A DNA stretch of 43,468 nucleotides from an uncultured Gammaproteobacteria bacterium (GTDB lineage: Bacteria > Patescibacteriota > Microgenomatia > Levybacterales > GWA1-39-11), in the NCBI GenBank assembly GCA_964490835.1, contig CAZBEA010000003.1, positions 1-43,468 on the forward strand. The letters are read 5' to 3'. Made by a program: the position numbers and the translations under genes. A model generated the notes under the pieces. That model searched no databases. It worked only from the letters and a program-made list of their open reading frames with translations, and had not been told where the DNA came from. The stretch's first letter is position 1. Each line of letters opens with the position of its first letter. Shown here piece after piece: positions 15,449 to 24,172 of the stretch.

Positions 15449-18257
15449 TCACGATTGTAACGCCAAATTCACCCTTTGCAATAGTACGAACCAAAGCCTT
15501 TTTTTTGATTTCTATTTCAAATTCTTCGGGCCATTCACGCAACCTAACATCTACGAGATCTGTTAATTTCGTGCCGATTTTTTTTCGTTCCGCCTGAATG
15601 CTTCGGATAATCTCGCGAGCCTCCCCCTCGGATTTTAATGCATCTGTAATATTGGTATCCAAGACGACACTCATTTTCTCGCCTTTTTGGTCGATAACTT
15701 CTTTAATATTTAATTCATCGGCTATAACTTTTTTTACTTCATCCGAGAATAAAACAGGTGTCGTAACTGTAACGTTTGCAAGAGGTTGACGAACCTTAAT
15801 GGATGATTCTTTTCTCAGAGAATGTGCCTGTTCAACTGCCTGACGCGCTGCATCCATTTCCTTTTCCAGTTCGCGATTTACCAACTCCGATTCTACTTCG
15901 GGCCAATCTGTAAGATGAACAGACTCCTCACCGGTTAAATTTCGATATATCTCCTCGGTAATAAATGGAATAATCGGTGCCAAGACCTTGGTGTACGTTG
16001 TCAGGACATGCCAAAGTGTAGAATAAGCATCATTTTTTTCACTTTCCGAAGCAGTAACGTTTGGCCCCATGCGCTCCCTGCTTCGTCTTAAATACCAAAG
16101 AGACAAATCCTGTATAAAAATATTTGCTTGTCCGACAACTTCGGGTAGATCGTATGCCTCATAAGCTTTAGTCGTATTCTTGAGATTTCCATTTAGTCGT
16201 GAAATTATCCAGCGATCAAGAACATTTTCGGAAGCTTTGCATTCGGACGCTTTCCACCCGTCTGCAATTGCATTGCTAATAAAAAAGTTATATACATTCC
16301 ACAATACCAGAAGCAGTCCTCGGACCTGATTTCTATATTGCTCTTCACTTATCACTATGTCCTCACCGTGCATAACGGGAGACCCCATAAGATAAAGTCT
16401 GAGAGCGTCTCCCCCGTATTTTTGAAGCATTTCTTTCGGATCGGGATAATTTCCATAATTTTTAGACATCTTTCGTCCATCTGTTCCAAGAATAACTCCT
16501 TCAACAACAACGTTTTTAAATGCAGGAGAATCGTATAGCGCTGCTCCAATTACGTGGAGTACGTAAAACCACGCGCGAATTTGACCTGTATATTCTGCAA
16601 TAAAATCAGGTGGAAAAAAATCTTCCAATTTTTGTGTAGAATCGAACGGGAAATGTCTCTCGGCAAACGACGCACTCCCTGCCTCAATCCAGCTATCCAA
16701 AACTTCACTTACTCTTCTCACCTTCTCACCACAAGACTTACACACTACTTCGACTTCATCGATCTCCGGCTTGTGGAGCTCATTTATTTTTGTTCCGGTT
16801 GCTTCTTCGAGTTCTTTTATCGAACCCGGTACAAAGCGTTCGCCACACCTACATTCCCAGACAGGGACCGGAGATCCCCAATAACGAGACCGTGATATAT
16901 TCCAGTCCGGCGCGTTCTCCAAACTCTTTAAGAATCTCCCCTCTTTAAAATGTGATGGGAACCAATTCACTGACTCGTTAGTCTTTTTCAGTTTTTCTTT
17001 TAAATTCTGAATATTTACATACCACGCGTTTTGTGGGTTATAAAAGAGGCGAGTTCCACATCTCCAACACAATGGAACATTATGCGGAACCTCTTCGTCT
17101 TTATATATCAATCCGCGGGCTGCGAGGTCTTCGTTAACAAGTTTATTTGCCTTCAAATAAAACATTCCTCCGAATTGTGGGACGTGTTCCAGTATCATCC
17201 CCTCATCGTCTACATGCATTTCCATATGAATATTCTGTTCTTGCATTACTTTTAAATCTTCCTCACCATATACTGCAATAGTCACAACACCGGTACCCTC
17301 TTCTGCTGTAACAAAATCACCCGGTATCAGCTCGAAAGCCTTTTCACCGGGTTGAATTTTGTCTTTGTAATAGTCGTAATGGGGAATATATTTTTTCCCA
17401 ACAAGATCCTTACCCTTAAATTCTTCCAAAATTCTAAACGACGATTCCTCTCCAAGAATTTTTATAGTTGTCTTAGCGAGTATATACATTTCCCCGTTTT
17501 GCTCAACTTTTACGTAATCAAGGTTAGGATGTATAGCAAGTGCCGGAGTTACAATTTTGTTCCAAGGAGTAGTAGACCAAGCCAGAACATATGTATTTTC
17601 ATCTCCTTCAAGTTGATATTTGTATGTAGTTGCAGCATCCGGAATCTCTTTGTAATTACCAGCATCCATCGCAACCTCAAAATTTGAAATCGGAGTTGAA
17701 CAATGAGGGCAATATAGTGAGACACGAAGACCTTTGTAGATGTGACCCTTGTCATACATTTGCTTAAAAACCCACATGACGGATTCCATATAATCTCTAT
17801 CCATTGTGCGATACGCGTTTTTAAAGTCTACCCAGCGACCGATATGGTCCACATACCATTCCCATTCACTTGAAACTTCGGATACGTACAATTTACACTC
17901 ATCTATGAATTTTTTAACCCCGACTTTCTCCTCAATATCTTTTTTGCGCGTTAGACCCAATTTGTTCTCTACCTTATTTTCAGCGGGTAATCCATGACAA
18001 TCCCATCCCCAGACTCTTCTCACTTGATACCCCTTCATGGTCCAGTATCTCGGAAAAACATCTTTTGGAATCGATGAAAGGAGCGATCCATAGTGAGGCA
18101 TCCCGGTAATAAAGGGTGGACCGTCAAGGAATGTCCAGGTTTTATCGGATGGCCGCGCGCTTACAGATTTTTCAAATATCTTATTTTCTTTCCAGAATGA
18201 AATTGTTCTCTCTTCCATTTCGGCAAATCCGATTTGAGTATTTACAGGTTTAAACAT
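15441..18257 (-). CDS. ileS: Isoleucine--tRNA ligase, type 2 (eukaryote/archaea-like)
   Basis: FLDGPPFITGMPHYGSLL (HIGH-region variant), the CP1 editing domain, the KMSKNYGN (KMSKS) motif and an anticodon-binding domain. The ORF-track start at 18293 is TTG and lies in the predicted -35. The ATG at 18257 gives MFKPVNTQIGFAEMEE..., typical of IleS N-termini. Confidence 0.93.
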   Translation of the reverse strand: MFKPVNTQIGFAEMEERTISFWKENKIFEKSVSARPSDKTWTFLDGPPFITGMPHYGSLLSSIPKDVFPRYWTMKGYQVRRVWGWDCHGLPAENKVENKLGLTRKKDIEEKVGVKKFIDECKLYVSEVSSEWEWYVDHIGRWVDFKNAYRTMDRDYMESVMWVFKQMYDKGHIYKGLRVSLYCPHCSTPISNFEVAMDAGNYKEIPDAATTYKYQLEGDENTYVLAWSTTPWNKIVTPALAIHPNLDYVKVEQNGEMYILAKTTIKILGEESSFRILEEFKGKDLVGKKYIPHYDYYKDKIQPGEKAFELIPGDFVTAEEGTGVVTIAVYGEEDLKVMQEQNIHMEMHVDDEGMILEHVPQFGGMFYLKANKLVNEDLAARGLIYKDEEVPHNVPLCWRCGTRLFYNPQNAWYVNIQNLKEKLKKTNESVNWFPSHFKEGRFLKSLENAPDWNISRSRYWGSPVPVWECRCGERFVPGSIKELEEATGTKINELHKPEIDEVEVVCKSCGEKVRRVSEVLDSWIEAGSASFAERHFPFDSTQKLEDFFPPDFIAEYTGQIRAWFYVLHVIGAALYDSPAFKNVVVEGVILGTDGRKMSKNYGNYPDPKEMLQKYGGDALRLYLMGSPVMHGEDIVISEEQYRNQVRGLLLVLWNVYNFFISNAIADGWKASECKASENVLDRWIISRLNGNLKNTTKAYEAYDLPEVVGQANIFIQDLSLWYLRRSRERMGPNVTASESEKNDAYSTLWHVLTTYTKVLAPIIPFITEEIYRNLTGEESVHLTDWPEVESELVNRELEKEMDAARQAVEQAHSLRKESSIKVRQPLANVTVTTPVLFSDEVKKVIADELNIKEVIDQKGEKMSVVLDTNITDALKSEGEAREIIRSIQAERKKIGTKLTDLVDVRLREWPEEFEIEIKKKALVRTIAKGEFGVTIVNE

Positions 18258-18264
18258 AGCCTCA

Positions 18265-18293
18265 ATTGTACCTGAAAAAGACTCGTTCTTCAA
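18265..18293 (-). promoter_or_regulatory. Candidate ileS operon promoter positioned for a leaderless mRNA
   Basis: On the minus strand: TTGAAG (18288-18293), 17 nt spacer, TACAAT (18265-18270), then 7 nt (TGAGGCT) and the ATG at 18257. Pattern match only. Confidence 0.35.
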
Positions 18294-18314
18294 GGAAAGT
18301 GATACGATAAGAGA

Positions 18315-19157
18315 ATGATTGAAAATTGGCTAGTGCTTGCTGTGATCGCAGGTCTCGCATCAAACATCTACAATATATTCAATCGTGTCATACTCCGAAA
18401 AGAACAAAGTGATCCTACCGCCTTCGCGTGGATTACGGAAATTACTCGACTGCTCATGGGTCTTTTGTTTATTCCTATAAATTTTATGATTCTAATCACT
18501 ACAAAAAGCGTTATTCTTTTTACACTTCTAAGCCTCATCGAAGTAGCATCGGTATTTGTATTCATGAAAATGCACGCTTATAGCAACTTATCTGTTTCGA
18601 CAATAATTCAGCGAACAAGACTTATCTGGATACCGATCATTGCGTTCTTTTTACTGGGTGAACGGCTTGGAACCAGAGATTACATAGGAATAATAATCCT
18701 TTTCGTAGGACTTTCGATAACCACGTCCCCCAAAAGACTCACCTTTGACAGCGGTATAAAATATGCATATCTTTCCTCTGTTATTGTTGCTATCTTGTCG
18801 GTTGTTATGAAACAAACCTCCGCTTTTGCCTCAAATGCAGTTCTGATGATCATTATGTCCTTTGCGTCTGTTCTGCTTCTACCTTTCGTCATGAAAAGCG
18901 GTAAAAAAAGAATCAAAAAAGAACTTTCCCATGATCTTCATATTAAGATTCTCCCGGGCGTGGCCAACGGAATTTCAATGTTTTTTTATTTTCTTGCTCT
19001 ACAACAAGGACCTGTCTCTACTATCACAGCTATTTATCAAGGAATGATGATCGTGAGCGTTGCAGCTGGCATTGTCTTTCTTGGCGAGCGCGACAATATG
19101 CGCCAGAAAATAATCGGAACACTGATCACTCTCATTGGGGTGTTGCTACTCATCTAG
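18315..19157 (+). CDS. EamA/DMT-superfamily transporter
   Basis: A 10-helix protein made of two 5-helix halves, each ending in the EamA-like pattern ...FLLGERLG... / ...VFLGERDN.... Confidence 0.8.
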   Translation: MIENWLVLAVIAGLASNIYNIFNRVILRKEQSDPTAFAWITEITRLLMGLLFIPINFMILITTKSVILFTLLSLIEVASVFVFMKMHAYSNLSVSTIIQRTRLIWIPIIAFFLLGERLGTRDYIGIIILFVGLSITTSPKRLTFDSGIKYAYLSSVIVAILSVVMKQTSAFASNAVLMIIMSFASVLLLPFVMKSGKKRIKKELSHDLHIKILPGVANGISMFFYFLALQQGPVSTITAIYQGMMIVSVAAGIVFLGERDNMRQKIIGTLITLIGVLLLI

Positions 19158-19242
19158 ATTTTCTTACCAATCTATAGCAATTATGTGACATTGCGGTTAA
19201 AAATTTCACTTAACATAGTCAGAACATGAGAAGGGAGGTGAG

Positions 19243-19434
19243 ATGTACATGGTAAGAACTTTAACACTCGGGATTTTGGTCTTGGTAATGTCATTGTTTG
19301 TAGGAACGACTTTTGTGAATGCACAAACAGCATCTCCTTCACCCACAACAGCACCTAGTCCAACAGCAAGCCCTACACCAACAACAACAGATTCGACAAC
19401 ACCAGGAGCACCACGAACTGGATTTGGCTCCTAA
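19243..19434 (+). CDS. 63-aa secreted Pro/Thr/Ser-rich mini-protein ending in APRTG-FGS (possible sortase substrate)
   Basis: A strong SD, AAGGGAGGTGA (GGAGG at 19234-19238), lies just upstream of the ATG. The signal peptide MYMVRTLTLGILVLVMSLFVGTTFVNA|Q is followed by a 36-aa low-complexity S/P/T segment. A PxTG core occupies residues 57-60. The gene sits directly upstream of a sortase. Confidence 0.6.
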   Translation: MYMVRTLTLGILVLVMSLFVGTTFVNAQTASPSPTTAPSPTASPTPTTTDSTTPGAPRTGFGS

Positions 19435-19466
19435 CTTTTAGACTGTAGGCATTCAGGCTATTAAAT

Positions 19467-19511
19467 AAGAACACGGTTTATACGATTCAAAATCATATAG
19501 ATCGTGTTCTT
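19467..19511 (+). promoter_or_regulatory. Long near-perfect RNA hairpin between the mini-protein gene and the sortase gene
   Basis: AAGAACACG (19467-19475) pairs perfectly with CGTGTTCTT (19503-19511). The helix continues through G-U/U-A/U-G and then TATACGATT/AATCATATA (one C-A mismatch) to a 3-nt loop, about 21 stacked positions in all. No U-tract follows. The hairpin ends 13 nt before the sortase ATG. Confidence 0.5.
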
Positions 19512-19524
19512 GAGCTAAAAGCCC

Positions 19525-20142
19525 ATGAAAAAAAGTACATTATTTATCGCTCTTGCCCTTATCGGTATAATTTTTCCGACGATACTATTTCGTACTTTTC
19601 AGCTCAACCTCCCAAAACCTGTCACAAATCTTATCTATGGGGATAGATCGGATACAATATCCCCAATTTCACAGACACCCGCCCCTGCCCCCGGGCTCCC
19701 TACAACAATCCACATCCCAAGCATTGGCCTCGCTAGTGCTCACATTGAGCACGTTGGGATAGATGATGCTGGAAGAATGGATGTACCTAAAGTCATTTCA
19801 AATACAGGGTGGTATATGGAAGGTACACGACCCGGGGAGAAAGGAAGCGCTGTAATTGATGGTCATTATAATACTCCAACGGGCGCACCGTCGGTTTTTT
19901 ACAATCTTAAAAATATCGTTGTTGGAGATATTATTGAAATCGATGACTCATCCGGCAAAACATATCGCTTTAAAGTGTTCGATGTAGTTACTTATGATTT
20001 GGCAACAATTCCAATGGAGAAGATATTTGAAAAAACAGATGAGGCACGTCTGAATTTAATTACCTGTGATGGAACATGGAACACACGGGATAAGGATTAC
20101 TCACAACGAGTGGTTGTATATTCAAGACTATTGGAAGGGTAG
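19525..20142 (+). CDS. Sortase (class F/E-like), N-terminally membrane-anchored
   Basis: TM anchor, then IHIPSIGLASAHIEHVG, catalytic His in VIDGHYNT, catalytic Cys in LNLITCDG, and Arg in QRVVVYSRL. Confidence 0.85.
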   Translation: MKKSTLFIALALIGIIFPTILFRTFQLNLPKPVTNLIYGDRSDTISPISQTPAPAPGLPTTIHIPSIGLASAHIEHVGIDDAGRMDVPKVISNTGWYMEGTRPGEKGSAVIDGHYNTPTGAPSVFYNLKNIVVGDIIEIDDSSGKTYRFKVFDVVTYDLATIPMEKIFEKTDEARLNLITCDGTWNTRDKDYSQRVVVYSRLLEG

Positions 20143-20184
20143 AATGTAAGGCTAATTACTTATTTACAACACTCTAGTCTAGAG

Positions 20185-20201
20185 ACTGAAAGATATTCAG
20201 T
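20185..20201 (+). terminator. Weak candidate intrinsic terminator after the sortase gene (overlaps the ftsZ stop codon)
   Basis: ACTGAA-AGATA-TTCAGT (6-bp stem) followed by TTCTCTGTCTT. A second short palindrome, CTCTA-GTC-TAGAG, sits at 20172-20184. The stem is AT-rich and short, so support is weak. Confidence 0.25.
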
Positions 20202-21309
20202 TTCTCTGTCTTAAGAATGCGGGGATATCGAAGATATCTTGATCGTCTTTTTTCTCTTGCTCCTCATCTTCTGGGGTTGAAGAATTATTCATACCACTAC
20301 TCTGGGGATTAGGATTGTATTCGTCTTGTCGGACCATTTCAGCAAGCCTCTTTCGTGATTCGTCAAATCCTGTGGCAATAACAGTAATCTTAATTTGATC
20401 TTTAATGGTTTCATCTATTGTCGCACCAAAGATAATATTTGCGTCAGGATCTGCAGCACCCTTAATGATCTTGGATGCTTCATCGACTTCAGACATGGTC
20501 AGATCTGCTCCTCCCATTATGTTAAAGAGAACGCCGCGAGCACCTTCCATCGAGACTTCAAGGAGCGGAGATGAGATTGCTTGACGAGCGGCCATATGCG
20601 CCCTATTTTCACCAATTCCAACACCGATTCCCATAAGAGATGTTCCGGCATCAGACATGATAGCCTTCACGTCCGCGAAGTCGACGTTAACAAAGCCTGA
20701 TTTTGTAATAATGTCAGAAATCCCCTGCACGCCCTGCGTCAGAACGCTATCTGCAACTCGAAATGCATCGACAAGTGATAACTTTTTATCAGCAACTTCA
20801 AGAATTCTTTGATTTGGGATAACAATGAGCGTGTCGACATTACCTTTTAGATCTTCAATCCCACCCTCTGCAGACACCATGCGACGCGTACCTTCAAAAA
20901 GAAAAGGCTTGGTAACTACTGCTACTGTAAGTGCACCTGCTTCTTTTGCAATTTTTGCGATAACCGGTGCTGCTCCGGTTCCGGTTCCACCACCCATTCC
21001 GGCAGTGACAAATACCATATCACTTCCCTCAACCATCTGTTTTATTTTTTCTGCGGATTCTTCAGCTGCTGCTCGACCGATCTCGGGATTGCCGCCCGAT
21101 CCAAGTCCGCGGGTAAGATTTTCTCCAATTTGTAATTTTGTGTTGGCTGGATTTCCGAGGAGTGCTTGTGCGTCTGTGTTTACTGCTATAAATTCCACAC
21201 CCGTAATTTCACCTGTTTTGATCATGGAGTTGATTGCATTACATCCACCACCACCCACACCAAGAACACGGATTTTAGCAAAACTAGCAGTTTGAGGTTT
21301 TATGAGCAT
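20197..21309 (-). CDS. ftsZ: Cell division protein FtsZ
   Basis: [11 protein letters not shown], the [10 protein letters not shown] tubulin signature, NTDAQAL, and the C-terminal DIPAFLRQ peptide. Confidence 0.97.
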   Translation of the reverse strand: MLIKPQTASFAKIRVLGVGGGGCNAINSMIKTGEITGVEFIAVNTDAQALLGNPANTKLQIGENLTRGLGSGGNPEIGRAAAEESAEKIKQMVEGSDMVFVTAGMGGGTGTGAAPVIAKIAKEAGALTVAVVTKPFLFEGTRRMVSAEGGIEDLKGNVDTLIVIPNQRILEVADKKLSLVDAFRVADSVLTQGVQGISDIITKSGFVNVDFADVKAIMSDAGTSLMGIGVGIGENRAHMAARQAISSPLLEVSMEGARGVLFNIMGGADLTMSEVDEASKIIKGAADPDANIIFGATIDETIKDQIKITVIATGFDESRKRLAEMVRQDEYNPNPQSSGMNNSSTPEDEEQEKKDDQDIFDIPAFLRQRN

Positions 21310-21375
21310 AGATAATTACATGAATCCTAGCACATCTAGAAATCATTTGCAACCAAGGCAGGAGGCGTTTTTAGA

Positions 21376-22662
21376 CTATGGAAGAAAATGTTTGATAAGT
21401 TTTTTTATACGATTCGATACCTGTGTAATTGGACCAAGCGAACCGATATTTATAAGGTTGTCGAGTGCTCCCCTCGTGTCTCTTCCGGCAAAATTTCGTC
21501 CGAATGCAAGAAGTCCAATAGCAGTTGCGTAGGAGGGATTCTCCACATCATCAATAAGACCGGTGATATTTTGGGGGTATGCAATTCTGACAGGCATTGC
21601 AAGCATGCGCTTCGCAGCATCTTCAGCTCCCACCGTAAGAGCTCCTCCGCCGGTTATGACAATTCCGGCAGGAGTCTGAGTCCCAAATCCGGATTTCTTA
21701 AGCTCAATCCCAACCATCGTAAAAAGCTCGTTGAGTCTGGGTCTAATAATTCCATCGACTAATGTTTTTTGAGATACTTTTCTCAGATCTTCTATAAGTC
21801 TTAACTCTGAAAGATCGATTTCATCAGTCTTTTCTGCGACCTCTTCCGGCCTCAGATGGCGAGGCTTTCTTAGTTTTTCGGATAAGAAAAGTTTTATTTT
21901 TTCAGCAGACTCAAGTGAAATTCTGAGACCTATCGCCAAGTCATTTGTTATATGTCGTGCGCCGATCGGAATTACTCTTGAATGAGCCAGTGCTCCATCG
22001 ACAAAAATACAGATATTGGTAATTCCGGACCCAATATCCACCATGACTACACCAAGCTCTTTTTCTGTCTCTGTAAGTGTCGCAAGAGAAGAAGCAAATC
22101 CGGAAAAAACAAGTGAAGAAACCTGAACACCGGCTTCTGACTCAAGGACTCTATGTATATTTTTTACCGAAACTGCGTTCACAGAAATAATATGGGTCTC
22201 GACCTCAAGCCTCACTCCAGTCATTCCGATTGGATCTTTAATTCCACCTTCTCCGTCTACTGTAAAAGTTCGCGGGAGAACATGGATGATATTCGAAGAG
22301 GTAGGCTTGGAGATAGCACCGGCCGCCTCAAGAACCCTATCTACGTCGGAGGGACCAATTTCGCCATTTGCTTGTGAGATTGCAACAATTCCTTTTGAAT
22401 TTTGAGATTCGACATGAACACCTGAAACCGAAACGAAGGCACGATCGATATTATATCCAGCCATTCGCTCCGATGCATCAAGCGCCTGATTAACAGCACC
22501 AGCCGCTTCTTCTATATCAACAATCTGACCTTTTCGAATACCACGGGAGGGAATTTCTGCAACGCCGAGAACGTTAATCGTTTCTTCTTGCACTTGCCCG
22601 ATCACTGCTGCGATCTTGGATGATCCAATATCAACACCAACAACTATTTGGTTGTCACGCAT
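21376..22662 (-). CDS. ftsA: Cell division protein FtsA
   Basis: Actin-fold phosphate motifs VGVDIGSSKI and VMVDIGSGITN, plus GGGALT and a C-terminal amphipathic tail. The position next to ftsZ supports the call. Confidence 0.92.
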   Translation of the reverse strand: MRDNQIVVGVDIGSSKIAAVIGQVQEETINVLGVAEIPSRGIRKGQIVDIEEAAGAVNQALDASERMAGYNIDRAFVSVSGVHVESQNSKGIVAISQANGEIGPSDVDRVLEAAGAISKPTSSNIIHVLPRTFTVDGEGGIKDPIGMTGVRLEVETHIISVNAVSVKNIHRVLESEAGVQVSSLVFSGFASSLATLTETEKELGVVMVDIGSGITNICIFVDGALAHSRVIPIGARHITNDLAIGLRISLESAEKIKLFLSEKLRKPRHLRPEEVAEKTDEIDLSELRLIEDLRKVSQKTLVDGIIRPRLNELFTMVGIELKKSGFGTQTPAGIVITGGGALTVGAEDAAKRMLAMPVRIAYPQNITGLIDDVENPSYATAIGLLAFGRNFAGRDTRGALDNLINIGSLGPITQVSNRIKKLIKHFLP

Positions 22663-22677
22663 AATAATAGTTTAGCC

Positions 22678-23103
22678 TCATTTTACAAACTTTACAATAG
22701 GCCTATTATACCGCAGGTCAATGACCGTCGGAATCTTATTCTCTATTGTAAGTCGTTGCAAAATACTTTGCAAAGAGGAAATCTGCCAATTTATCTCTTT
22801 TTCGTACGAAAAATACACCTGTGTTCCTTTATCCAGATCTGCTCTGAGTGAGCCTGATGATGAAGATATCGTTACTGTTGTGTATTGAATTTTTGCTTGA
22901 GCCAGAGCATCGCGGATATCGCTAATCGAGTAAGTGGCGTTTGGATTTATGATTTTACCCGAATGGTTTGAAAATTTAGGAATTGAGAAAGAGAAATCTC
23001 TGAAAAACAAATAAAGCAACAAAGAAATAAGAAATACAACTACTATAGACGTGGAAAGAATAACAATTTTCTTAACCTTTTTGCGTGTGCTTCTTCTTTT
23101 CAT
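22678..23103 (-). CDS. ftsQ: Short FtsQ/DivIB-like bitopic protein (TM anchor + ~100-aa periplasmic domain)
   Basis: The gene is in the ftsQ position between murG and ftsA. The basic N-terminus MKRRSTRKKVKK is followed by one TM helix. The C-terminal ...VIDLRYNRPIVKF resembles the end of the FtsQ beta domain. The ORF-track start at 23115 is TTG; the ATG is at 23103. Confidence 0.5.
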   Translation of the reverse strand: MKRRSTRKKVKKIVILSTSIVVVFLISLLLYLFFRDFSFSIPKFSNHSGKIINPNATYSISDIRDALAQAKIQYTTVTISSSSGSLRADLDKGTQVYFSYEKEINWQISSLQSILQRLTIENKIPTVIDLRYNRPIVKFVK

Positions 23104-24172
23104 AAAGGTCCACAATTACTTGTACAAGATTTTCCACTGCATGGGAATGGGTAGTTTTTTCCTTTATTCGTAATTGTTCAACTTTTTGTAGCGAAGAAAA
23201 AAATTGTACGCTTGAAAGGTTGCTTTGATTTATAACAATTGCATTGCCATTACGTTCTAAAAATTCTGCATTCATTTTTTGCTCGCCATTTTGCCCTCCC
23301 GGCAGAGGAATAAGTATTGCCCTCTTAGATAGCGCCATAAGCTCTGCTACCGTATTTGCTCCTGCCCGAGAAACAACAACGTCTGCGATAGAATAAATCC
23401 AGCCTATCTCATCCGGCGTTACATATTTTTTTACGATGTAGCAATCCTTCTGGTCGTCAGTTAGTGAATTTTTAATTGTTGTCATTTTATCAAAATCGCC
23501 AAATTCCGAACTGTCACCAGTCTGATGAATCAACACAAACTTCACAAGAATTTCCGTAAGATTATTTTGTACAAAATTATTGAGAACGTGCGCTCCCGTA
23601 CTTCCTCCGGTAACATATAATATTTTTTTGCCCGGTGGAACAGATGTTTTTTTAATAATTTTAAAAACTTCTTCACGTATCGGAAGTCCTGTTAGGACCG
23701 TTTTGTGTTTTGGGAAAAACTTTTCCGACTCTTTATACGAAATACAAATAATGTCTGAAAATTGAGCGGCAATTTTATTTGCAAATCCTATATGCAAAGT
23801 TTGCTCATGCAGAATAACCGGTATTCTTAGCGATTTTGCGGCCAAAACTACCGGGGGTGCAATATACCCGCCAAAAGTAACCACAATATCTGGTCGCTCT
23901 TTTTTCAAAATTGCAATTGCATGAATTAACCCGCCTGGAATTTTAAGAATAGAAGGAATAGTGTGTTTTGTAATTTTTCTTTGTAACCTTCCGGTCGGTA
24001 GATCTATAAAACGAACACCTTCGTCTCTACATATTGTAAATTCTAAGGATTCGGCAGTATCACCTTCAAAAGCATATCTTCTTCCGACAACAACAACTTC
24101 GTGCTTTTTTTGCATTTTCTGAATAAGTGCGTATGCTGGAGAAAAGTGACCACCCGTTATAAGTATTTTCAT
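23072..24172 (-). CDS. murG: Undecaprenyldiphospho-muramoylpentapeptide beta-N-acetylglucosaminyltransferase
   Basis: MKILITGGHFSPAYAL (G-loop 1), VTGGSTGAH, and the GT28 C-terminal pattern RAGANTVAEL...P...GEQ..NA. Confidence 0.9.
   Translation of the reverse strand: MKILITGGHFSPAYALIQKMQKKHEVVVVGRRYAFEGDTAESLEFTICRDEGVRFIDLPTGRLQRKITKHTIPSILKIPGGLIHAIAILKKERPDIVVTFGGYIAPPVVLAAKSLRIPVILHEQTLHIGFANKIAAQFSDIICISYKESEKFFPKHKTVLTGLPIREEVFKIIKKTSVPPGKKILYVTGGSTGAHVLNNFVQNNLTEILVKFVLIHQTGDSSEFGDFDKMTTIKNSLTDDQKDCYIVKKYVTPDEIGWIYSIADVVVSRAGANTVAELMALSKRAILIPLPGGQNGEQKMNAEFLERNGNAIVINQSNLSSVQFFSSLQKVEQLRIKEKTTHSHAVENLVQVIVDLYEKKKHTQKG

Noticed and set aside
15598-17997. Several 60-113-aa ORFs on both strands within ileS.
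   Set aside because: All lie inside a continuous, motif-rich 938-aa IleS reading frame, so they are chance ORFs in AT-rich sequence.
18258-18314. A T-box or other leader upstream of ileS, and likewise upstream of glyQS at 42274-42332.
   Set aside because: The intergenic spaces (57 and 59 nt) are far too short for a T-box riboswitch (about 200 nt or more), and no specifier or antiterminator helices are visible.
19300-19420. Repetitive-looking DNA in the mini-protein gene (ACA/CCA/AGC-rich).
   Set aside because: This is imperfect codon-level repetition encoding S/P/T low complexity. It is not a discrete tandem repeat or a spacer-repeat array.
20825-21295. A 156-aa ORF on the plus strand inside ftsZ (Pro/Ala/Thr-rich).
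   Set aside because: It is the antisense shadow of the Gly/Ala-rich FtsZ core. It has low-complexity composition, no SD and no independent intergenic space.
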